The notes below the pieces were generated by a model that was not told the DNA's origin, searched no databases, and saw only the letters and a program-made list of their open reading frames with translations. 64,000 nt of DNA, taken from IMG/VR virus record IMGVR_UViG_3300037010_001702, positions 62,001 through 126,000 of that record; one strand, given 5' to 3'. Both the position numbers and the translations under genes were made by a program. Numbering within the stretch: position 1 is the first letter of the stretch; each line of letters begins with the position of its first letter. Below are positions 46,871 through 57,000 of this stretch, piece by piece.

Positions 46871-49800
46871 TTAACTTAATGTGAGCCTGAACGGTACAGA
46901 AAGTGTCGTTTTGAATGTGAACGAATTTGCATCTGTAAGTTGCGGCATAGCTGGGAATACAATTGAGCTAGGAATTGGTGCATCGTAAACACCAGTTCCA
47001 GTGTAAACAACCTCACCAGAAGGTAGGGTGTTAGCGATGAGCTGCTCCAGGGAGATCGTTGGCGAACCGCTGTAGCTTCTGTTCTGAACTACAACCATGT
47101 ACTCGTCTGCTGCTTGAGTAACAACCATTCCTGTTGTCTGAACATTCATGTCAAAGAATAGAACAAACTTAGCTGCTACGAAGTCCAGGTCAGTGTCGTA
47201 TGGATATGAGTCATACGCGTATGCATCATAACCGGTTGTTGGATCTGGATCGATTGGACATTCACGTTCCATGATAGTGAGACCTTCAATGATTGCCGTG
47301 CTAGCTTGAACAGCCGTATCACCATCAACGTTGGGAACATCTCCAGTGCTTTGAGTAATAGAGATAGAAGGTCCAGGAGTTGGGTTGATGATTACCCAAT
47401 CGCTATCATTTCCAGTATACTCATAGTTTCCACTTCCCGCAGGAGACTCAACAATGCCAGTAACTATTCCAGTTGTAGAGTCATCGTAGGCAGTTGCACC
47501 ATAAGGAAGGACGTCATAGCCTCCCGTGCTAATAGAGGCTGCACCACCTTCGATAATATGTGCATTAACGATATCAACAAGTGAAATATCTTCAATAATG
47601 TCCAGATACTGAATAGGTTCATCCGCTATGTTAATGCTTGAGATGTCTTGGAAGTTTAGTCTAACACGAGCATAAGTTCTGAAATTTTCAGTAATCTTTA
47701 CTCGAATCTTCTGACCGTACGATTGGTCTGGAAGGAACATCAGTGAAAAGTTAGTACCAAATTTCAGGTACTGGGATACAAAAGCAGAATCAAGAACGAT
47801 TGTTGCTGATGCATTTCTGTTTGATGTTTCATAGCGAGGCTGGAGGATGTGGAATACCTTCACATCTGGATTGCTACCCAAGTAACCTTCAATGTAGGTA
47901 GCAAGATCAGAGAACTCAGCTGCAGACACCGGGACGTTGTTAGCTATGCGATCGTAGTACTTAAGTGTAATTGGGATCCAGTCATTTGAGTCTGGAGCAA
48001 GCTCGGGGAATAGTAGGTTAGCACCTTCAATTCTGAACTTAAAGGTGTCATTAGCTGCTTTGTCAATTATGAACTTATCTCTATCAGTTACGTTCTTGAA
48101 GATAACAGAACCATGACTGTGGTAGAGTGGAAATATTTCCTGGTTGAAGATGAGTGGAACAGTACATTCACCAACCTCAGCATCATAGCCATGAACCCAG
48201 TACTCGCTCTCATCATAGCCAACATCAGTTGTGTAGCTGTACATTGGAGCAAGGTAGATGTGAATGACATCACCAACTTGGTATGGAATTCCATTCGCCA
48301 TTGATGGAATCTTAAATGCTGCACGTCCATCGGTCCAAGGTGTGTCAATCTTTAATCCAGCCAGCTGACCATAAACGTTGCTGACAACGGTTGCTGTAGT
48401 ACTTGACACGAATGTAATCGTGTAAAAAGATGGCTCTGCTGAAGAGTGAGGAACAGGATCGATCTCTGGACCATTTATTCCTGCTGGAATAACAGCTGGC
48501 GGAGTGTAGGCAGCTGTAAGTGGAAGCGGAACAAAGTTGGTGAGGTCATATGGTGTACCGCCTCCACCAACGAACGTTCCATTACCGTATGCGATGCTGT
48601 TCAATCGACGACCACGGTAACGTGTCCAAGAGTAACCATCAATTGAAGATGAGACCCATCCATCAACATTATCAACACCAACAAATTTCCCAGCAGCGAA
48701 AATGATGTCGGAGAACGTACCATCATTGAAGACTGAAAGGTTAGCCCATGTTGACCCGTCAAGTGAACGAAGAATTGTCCCCCGATCACCGACAGCGATG
48801 AACATTCCAAGTGTTGCAGAATAGGTAACAGCTGAAAGATGATTGACTGTATTAGATGGAACTTGGACCCAGTCAATACGATTTACTGATGTTAGAATTG
48901 TTCCATGTTCACCCACAGCAACAAGAATGCTATTGCCAAAGGTGATGTCATTTAGATTTGTTGTTACTCCAGAGCTTTGAGTAGCCCAACCAGAACCATT
49001 TACGGTTGAGATTATTGTACCACTATTACCTACCACAACTGTCACGCTTAGCAGTGTGGATGGGTTTGACGGATCAGTAAGAGCGTTAGCTACTTGAACA
49101 AAGCCATTCAGATCTTCGTTAACGTGGGTGACTGCCTTTTCCCAGATGATTGCTGGACGAAGGGGAAGGTAAGGATATCCCGTGCTAGGATCAACAGCGA
49201 CGTGAATGTAATCAGCTGGATTCGCTGGATAACCAGTTGTGGAGTCTATCGCGTAAACAGCTGGATCTTGCACACCAACTCCGGCTGTTCCATTTGGACC
49301 AATGGTAACTAGGTAGTTTAGCTGAGTTGGGAATATTGTCGTGAGATCAGATGTCCACGTTACACCATCGGTAGACGTACCGACTATAGAGTCAGCCCCA
49401 GTGATGTAGAAAATTCCATTGTTGAATTCTACGGACTTTACTATCTGACCATTGGCGACTGAAATTTTCCAGTCGCCGTTGCTAGCATCTACTGATGTAA
49501 GGATGGTTGAATTGTAAGCGTGCGCAAAGTACTCAAGCTTTGGAATCTTAAGGCCAATCTTTCCATTCCAATACCACTCACCAATGACAGCATTTGGCTG
49601 CCAACCAGATATGCTACCGTAAACAAGATAGTGCTCAACCTTATCACCAACAGTAAAGTTAAATGAATCACCAGCGAAGTAACCATCGAGTGATGGGATA
49701 AGGGTGAATTGGATGTAATCATCTTTATAGCCACAGCCATCTGCTAGGTTGATAGTTAAGCCATTTGTTCCGTAAAGCTTCCCAGATGCATTGATAGCCT

Positions 49801-51022
49801 GAAGCGTGTATGTACCATCACCATTAAAGTTAATAGCCCAGTGAGTGGAAACGTTTGTGTAGCCAAGGGAGTCAGTATGTACCTCAATCGCTGGATATGT
49901 TGTGTTAGCTGGTCTAGCTGAACCGGGAGCAAAGGTAGGGACACCCACCATAGCAATAGGATTTGTCTTGATGAGTGACCACGATTCTTCTGGAGCTGTA
50001 GGAGCTACAACAATGCGAGAATGCGGTGTTAGCGTGATCGTATTGCCAACAAGCATCTCAGTAATACCGTCAAGAGCTGGTCCCATCTTAAATGAGATGA
50101 TTGGATTTACAAAGCTGCCATTCAAAACTGTGACGCCAATATCACCCGAGATTGATCCCTTTACATTTACGTAGTTGAGGTCATCAGGATTTGAAGCGAG
50201 AGTAACTGGGTCAACTATAATAGTTGAATTACCAAAATTGTCAACGCGCGTAAGAGTCCACTCTTCATAGTTGCCACCAGTAATTCCAGTTACTGTAGCA
50301 AATGGTTTAGTTACATCAGCATAGAGGAGAGTACCTTCATTCTCAGGGAATGCTGTAGCGTCCTTTACATTTCTATCCTTCCAGCGCTGAAGTGGTGCGC
50401 CGCTGCCCTGAATAACGTCAAATGAATAAACGCCACGAGACAAGAAGTAGTCAACCGTATCTTGGCAATGAAGTGTAGCATCATATGGGTTAGAATCTGC
50501 TGGTAGGTTAGGAGTGTAAAGTGGGTCCCGCTCGATGCGGTACTTGTACTGTCGTACGTCAGTGATGCCCGGCCCATCCCATCTAATGTTGCTGAATACC
50601 CTGTTTGTTGAGATGTTACCAATCCCAGGAATTTGCGTGTCATCATCAACTCTTCCAGGACGGCGAATGTTATCAATGCCAGCGTAAAACTCCGATCTGG
50701 ATGAGTGGCTAGCGAACTTATTAACCGATGTAAGTGGTACCTGCCACGTCGTTCTGCTACCATCGGACATGATGTCATGGTACCAAGATTGTGAACGACG
50801 AGCTCTAATCTTAGGTGTGCCTATCTTTGGAGATATATCTGCCCCAAGGATGGCAAGAAGCTGGTCATCCTCATCAATCTTTACGTTAACGTCATCATGA
50901 AAGATGTACTGTTCAACAATGGCGGAAAGCTTTACGTGATAAGGCTTTACGTCAAGTACGTAATTGATAAGACTATCAATGTGCCCACTGCTGACGGTTA
51001 AGTAATTGTTAGTAGAGCTCAT
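46871..51022 (-). CDS. Large baseplate-associated protein with Asp-box beta-propeller
   Basis: YV.DVKPYHVKL N-terminus; repeated S.DG..W motifs; YD..PYD repeats; start 51022 preferred to 51052. Confidence 0.75.
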   Translation of the reverse strand: MSSTNNYLTVSSGHIDSLINYVLDVKPYHVKLSAIVEQYIFHDDVNVKIDEDDQLLAILGADISPKIGTPKIRARRSQSWYHDIMSDGSRTTWQVPLTSVNKFASHSSRSEFYAGIDNIRRPGRVDDDTQIPGIGNISTNRVFSNIRWDGPGITDVRQYKYRIERDPLYTPNLPADSNPYDATLHCQDTVDYFLSRGVYSFDVIQGSGAPLQRWKDRNVKDATAFPENEGTLLYADVTKPFATVTGITGGNYEEWTLTRVDNFGNSTIIVDPVTLASNPDDLNYVNVKGSISGDIGVTVLNGSFVNPIISFKMGPALDGITEMLVGNTITLTPHSRIVVAPTAPEESWSLIKTNPIAMVGVPTFAPGSARPANTTYPAIEVHTDSLGYTNVSTHWAINFNGDGTYTLQAINASGKLYGTNGLTINLADGCGYKDDYIQFTLIPSLDGYFAGDSFNFTVGDKVEHYLVYGSISGWQPNAVIGEWYWNGKIGLKIPKLEYFAHAYNSTILTSVDASNGDWKISVANGQIVKSVEFNNGIFYITGADSIVGTSTDGVTWTSDLTTIFPTQLNYLVTIGPNGTAGVGVQDPAVYAIDSTTGYPANPADYIHVAVDPSTGYPYLPLRPAIIWEKAVTHVNEDLNGFVQVANALTDPSNPSTLLSVTVVVGNSGTIISTVNGSGWATQSSGVTTNLNDITFGNSILVAVGEHGTILTSVNRIDWVQVPSNTVNHLSAVTYSATLGMFIAVGDRGTILRSLDGSTWANLSVFNDGTFSDIIFAAGKFVGVDNVDGWVSSSIDGYSWTRYRGRRLNSIAYGNGTFVGGGGTPYDLTNFVPLPLTAAYTPPAVIPAGINGPEIDPVPHSSAEPSFYTITFVSSTTATVVSNVYGQLAGLKIDTPWTDGRAAFKIPSMANGIPYQVGDVIHIYLAPMYSYTTDVGYDESEYWVHGYDAEVGECTVPLIFNQEIFPLYHSHGSVIFKNVTDRDKFIIDKAANDTFKFRIEGANLLFPELAPDSNDWIPITLKYYDRIANNVPVSAAEFSDLATYIEGYLGSNPDVKVFHILQPRYETSNRNASATIVLDSAFVSQYLKFGTNFSLMFLPDQSYGQKIRVKITENFRTYARVRLNFQDISSINIADEPIQYLDIIEDISLVDIVNAHIIEGGAASISTGGYDVLPYGATAYDDSTTGIVTGIVESPAGSGNYEYTGNDSDWVIINPTPGPSISITQSTGDVPNVDGDTAVQASTAIIEGLTIMERECPIDPDPTTGYDAYAYDSYPYDTDLDFVAAKFVLFFDMNVQTTGMVVTQAADEYMVVVQNRSYSGSPTISLEQLIANTLPSGEVVYTGTGVYDAPIPSSIVFPAMPQLTDANSFTFKTTLSVPFRLTLS

Positions 51023-54000
51023 CTGCTTGCTCCACTTGGACAGTGCCGTCAACTACTGAGGTTGAGTTAACCGTTATAAACGAGGTCTTGAACATGTCGC
51101 TAAATTCATAGTTGTTAGAAAGGGCATCATCTAACGTGTCGAAAAATATTTCATTGATCTGAGCCGGACGAGCTGTATTCCAGATCAATGACATCGTAGC
51201 TCTTGCAGTTGCAGCATCCTTAAACCAGTTTTCACTGTCATCAAAGTTAAGAGCTGAGATGTAGTCAGGAATCTTCTTACCAGCAAGATTCAAAACAAGG
51301 TTTGTGTTCAGAATTGTGTTTGTGACTGAAGCTCTGACCAAAGATGTTTCTGCAAAAATCTGTCCAGGATTAAATCCATAACGTGTACGAGTATTATTTC
51401 GAGCATCATAATCAATTCTTGCTTTTGAAGGAAGTTGATTGCCAGCAGTATCAGTGCCAGCAACAGCATTAGTAAGAATTTCCCAAAGAGCTGCAGGAAT
51501 CTTGGATGATTGACCTTTACGGATAAGAGCCCATTCAGTGTGAATGTTCTTAAGGTTCAATTCTTCAGGATCATCGCGAAGTGTAAAATCTCTAAGCATG
51601 CGAAGCTTATAGGAATCATTCTTAGTGATCAAGGTATTCAATCCGGAGATCGCAAAAGAGTCATATGCTGCAGATGGAAGAACCGCACCTGGCTGAAGTC
51701 TAGAGAACACCGCATAGCGTGGTGCTCCAGATTTAAGAAGGGCTGCTGCTTGTGAAAGTGACATTGACTTGTTTGCTTGCGGAATGGTTTTGTCTTGAAC
51801 CCAGAAATAGTACTTCGTCCCAGTAATATTCCCCTGCTCATCTCTTACCTCAAGCTGGGTGTACTGGTAGTCTGACTTATACTGAACCTGAATAGTTACA
51901 TCATCGGCAACTGATGGATCAAAAGCTAATTCTTTAGCTGTCGGTTGATACGCTCTATAAAGAAGAGTAACTATGGTTCCTTCAGGTAACGGAGTATTTA
52001 CAAGTTCCACAACTTTTCCTGTAATCACGTATCCATCAGGATTTACCTGAATGCCATTTGAATAGATTGATAGGCGGTTAGGGTCAATGGTGTCGCTTAA
52101 CATGAACGAAACATTCGTTGTACCATTTGAAATAGCATCAAGCTTCTCATTTGACAAGTCAACCCAGTTATTCCAGGTTGATGAGTAGCGGCTTATGGTG
52201 ATACCAGACTTAAGGGTAAGTGTGGATGTCGAATCCTTCATCGCGGCAATTACCACTGGTGATGGAGCTACGACAACTGGGTCACCCATGACCGGCAGCC
52301 ACGCATTGTACGGTGAAAGAAGATCAGATGTAAGCTGAGCTTGAGTAGGAATTACCCACGTTCTCCAACCATAGTCAGAAGGAACGCTCAAGTAATCTCC
52401 AGAGTTGCTGAATAGCGTACCTGGATCACTTGGAAAATCAACAACTGTTGTGAAGTCAATAGCCTCACGGATAACAACGTCCTTAGCTGGAAGTGCCCCA
52501 AAGATTCCAATGATATCTGTTATGCTTGAATTAGTTGGGAAGGAAATTGTAAGAGCAAGACCGAATAAATCAAACTTGTAGGTGGCCTGGGTGTCAACAC
52601 CCAGAGGTGTGGTTACCTCTACGTCCTGGAAGAATCCAGTCGAATCAGTCATTCTAATGAAGCTGTCGTGTGATGTAAGTGCCACGGCACCAATGCGGGT
52701 ACCAAATACTCCACCGGTGATGATGCTTAGTGAGAGGTCAGCATTAAGAACTGGAGCAAGCGGGTCAGTAGAAGATCCAATGACATAAGACGTTACTGTA
52801 CCAATTGAAAGCTCACCAACAGGTTTAGAGTTGACGATATCCCAACCACTAAATCCACGTCCTGCAATCAAGTCAGCATCCGCGACGCGGCCTGTATCAG
52901 CGATAAGGATGTTACCGCTTCTCCAGATGTTTGTGTTCGTGTTGGTGATAAATGATGGGTGGCCATTAACAGCCCCAGTAGGAACATATGACCATGCAAT
53001 TGGCACTGCTGTTATCTTGCGATCGCGTGAGTAAAACTTAGAAAGAGCTACCTTACCTGAAAGCTTTACTGAGTCGTCAATTGATGAATCACCTTCTTGC
53101 GCTACTGCTTGTGCATTGTAGGCAGATGGGTGAACAGGGCTTTCTGTCCACTCGTAAAGATCGATGGATGCCCATTCAGCAAGTGAACCCCAGCGAGCAT
53201 GGCGCACATCACGACTTGGGAAAATTGTCGCGTCATAGTATGGAATGTAAGCAAGGTTACTCGTATCCCAGAACACTTGGCCTACTTCTCTAGCTCCCCA
53301 CGGCTTAAGGTGCTTGTACTGAACGTTGTCAGTTGTTTTCGTGGTGTAGTTGTAGTTAGCTGGATCTTCTCCAGATATCATGTTAACAACCTCAAGCGGT
53401 GCGTAGGCGTGAATACCAATAGCTGGGTGCCACAAACCAATTTCATCTACTAGGGTGTTCTCAATGTAATCGAACAGCTTAATAGGAGAGTGCTTGGTTG
53501 GATTGTTCCACGTGTAACCACTAACGGTGAATTGCCCAGGACCACTTACCCAGATCATGGAAGCATTAACAACTCTAAAGGTAGCTGCGGCTGTTGTCGT
53601 AATTGATGGGCTCATAGCATCACCGTTATGGTAGATGTTAGTAAGCTTGTAGTAGCCTGCGGCAGGTGCAGTAATGACTTCAGAAATAGGAGTTGCCTCA
53701 AACTTCATTCCAGTACCAAGGTCATCAATTGAGAACCAGTACGTGTCATCAGAGTTTTCAATCTGTGTGTAAAGTGGAAGTGGATCATGAATATCATCCA
53801 CCGAGTAGAACTGGAATCTAGAGAACTTTTGAGTAGCATCCTTTGGGTTGATCTTGATTTCTGGGAATGTGCGCTCACGAGCATCACCGAATGTTGCAAG
53901 CTTGTAAGCCCAGAACTCATCGGTAGAAGCATCAATGAATTTCTTGTAATTAACGAACGCGTTGATAGCCATGTTCGTTCCCTTAGCTTGAATCAAACCT

Positions 54001-57000
54001 CTCCAGAAGTTAAACTGAGTAATGTCATTCGCGTTTACACCGGCAAAGTAATCCTTCTTAACGAAACCAAGAAGGGATAGTGCGTGCTTAGCTGTAAGTG
54101 GGTCATAGAAGGTTTGATCAGCATCGTAGTAGTTTCCAATCGTGTCGATTGAAGACGAGATGTTTCTCTTAACGTCACTACCACTAAGGTAGAAGCCGCT
54201 AAAGGTTGGTTTTCTAGATGTTTCAGCTTGTCTGATATAGGACAAGAATGCGGTACTGAGCCTAAGTCCCAGGAACGTATCAAAGATTACCGTTGAATTT
54301 GTTTCATCTGAGAAGTGTTGGTTCATCAGGATGACGTGCTCATACTCATCGGTAAAGACGTGAGCTGAGAATATCGGTGTTTGACTGTAGGTAATGGAGC
54401 GCTCATCAGTACGAACAACAAAGATGTTGTCAATTGGAATTGCAGTACCGGTCACGTCATACGCTGCTTGAGTAGAGTACTCATCGATAAAGTTCGCGTC
54501 AGAGTACTTAGCCATCAATCCTACTGGAGTGTCAAGTTCAAGACGGGACATGAATGGGTTAAGAATGTAACCCTCACCGGCGGCCATGCCCTCATAAACG
54601 TGATCAATGAACTTTTCAATCTCAAGCTGCCAGTTAAGGTTACGACCAGTCTTAGCGTCTGTTACTGGAGAGTCAGAGCTTATCTTCCATCCAAGGTCAG
54701 CAAGACGATCGGTATAACCGTAGATGAAATCAACGACGTTCTGAAGGCCAGTGATTGAAAGTGGAACCGTGGATGATACAATGCTAGAGTGGTTAAGGCA
54801 GTGCTTCCACGCAAGGTCAGTATGTTCCTTTTGAAGAGCATAGAAAGTTTCAAACTCGCTAGCAGTGTCCAAGATGTAGCGCTCAAGAACTGGGTGCTGT
54901 TGATTGTATGCTTCAACTCTGAAGATCCAATCAGAAGCGTCAGCTGTTGGAATGTAGACACCATCAATGTTTAGCTTCTTCGTACCAAGTTGAACAAGCT
55001 GGATTCGAAGACCAGAAATCCAAAGGCTAGAAGTGTTGGAGGATTTCTTCAAAACAACATCATAGGCGGTAGAAGGAAGAGCCCCAAGTGAGGTGTCAAT
55101 CGAAAGAGTTTCTGGACGGATAAGAACACCGAGCTGGTGAGCTAGCTTGATTGACCATCCACGGTAAGCAACTGCAGCTGGTGACAGTGATGTGTCAACT
55201 GAATTGAATCTTAGAAGATTTGTGAACCACTGTCCAAGACCCTTGAATATCTTCATGTTGCTGGAAGTGAATGCGTAGGTAAATGGAACTTGAACCATTG
55301 GAACAGTTGCATTCTGAGATGCTATGATGGCACCATTAGCAATGCAGTCCTCACACCCAAGTGGAAGAACTTCGACTGCTGGAGGAATGTAAGCAGGGTC
55401 GGGAATGTTATCAAAGAACTTAAGGGTGATCGTGTCACCCATGTCAAATGGGATTCCAAGATCATCAATCTTAACATCAGTTAGAACTATTCCACCAGAA
55501 CTAATTGAGAATGTTTGGCCTTCAGCAACGTAGTCGATGAACGTTCCATTAGCGTAAGCGCTGAACCAAGTAACATTGTCAGCAGTATGTGTAACAACAA
55601 ATGAGATAGTTCCTGCACCAGTCCATGTAATAGGAGTTGAACCTACGATGACGTGCTTTGCTATTTCAGCTGCAGTATAAGTGTTAATGATGTTTAGCTT
55701 TTCACCATGCAGCAAGAAGAATGCTGGAGGTAGTGGTGACATCAAGTTACGCTCAACGCGAACGTTATTGTTTGTCTTAAAGTAGGTTTCACCCCATGTC
55801 TTGTCTAAGAATTGAAGTGGTGAAGATCTAAAGTAGCTACGAGCAAGGCCATATCCATACTCAAGCGACTTCATCCAAATGGTTTCAATAGGGCCGTGTT
55901 GTCCAAACGTGTAGCTTAATGAGATACCAGTTGGCATGACAGTTGTAAGAGCTTCAGCTGATTCAAATGCAGCAGCAGAAACATACGGCGGGAGCAGGGC
56001 GTCAGTGTTAATGTTGACACTTAGCTTAAGTGCAGGGTTTGCTGCCTTGATTGCTTGCCACATTGACTTCAGCCAGGTCCTAATTTGACCAAAGCTAACA
56101 GGAGTAACTGACGGCTGAATTGTTCCGGTTGTTAGGACAGTCCAATTGGTAGTAGCAAAGCTTCCACTAAGAACATTGATGGTGAGACCAGCTGAAAGAG
56201 GATTAGCAGCACGTGACCATCCCCCAGATGATACTAGCCAAATACCATTTTGACGCGCGTCGAACTGTCCAGTTAGTAGAAGAGAGTCTCCTTCTGAAAG
56301 AGTAATACCGTCCACAGTTGGCAAACCAATGAATGGAGGAATGATGTTGACATCTGCAGCGTAAGCTACAGCTAGCGTGGCTACGTTTCCGGTTATGGTT
56401 GAAAGGTACTGAGCGTCCCAGTTGGCTGGCTTAGTTGTAAAGCCCATAAGCTTCCATGGTTCAAGATTAGGACGGCATGTTCCAGGAAGACCATTGCTTG
56501 TAAAGTAGTCAGTAAGTACGTCAAACCAGCGAGCCGCTGTTGTGAATGGAAGAACTGCTTGTGAATAGTTCCATGTGAAAGCATCTGATGCTACATAGTC
56601 TGGAGCATAGGTGTCATAACCATATTTTGCAGCGTAACGAGCAAGCTCAACCTCAGAATAGCTTGAAAGAGCTACGTCTGACAGAGTGACGTGAACGTCT
56701 TGCTTAGCATGAACGCTGTCGTAGAGCTTATTTTCTACGGCTAGAACCAAGCTATTTCTAATAGCTGATGAATTAAATGGCTTCCACAGAGAAGGAATAA
56801 GTCCAAGTGATGCTGGCTGCCAGCTAAGGTTTACCGGGTTCCACTCGTAAAGTTCATTAGCTGACTTCTTATACCAGAAAGCGCCCGCATAGCCAGTTGG
56901 GACAGTATCCGTATCACTAACAACATCAAAGATCGAGATTGCGAATGTAGATGGCTTAACCCAAAGTTGACCAGCATATGGTGTAAGTGGTACTGCTTCT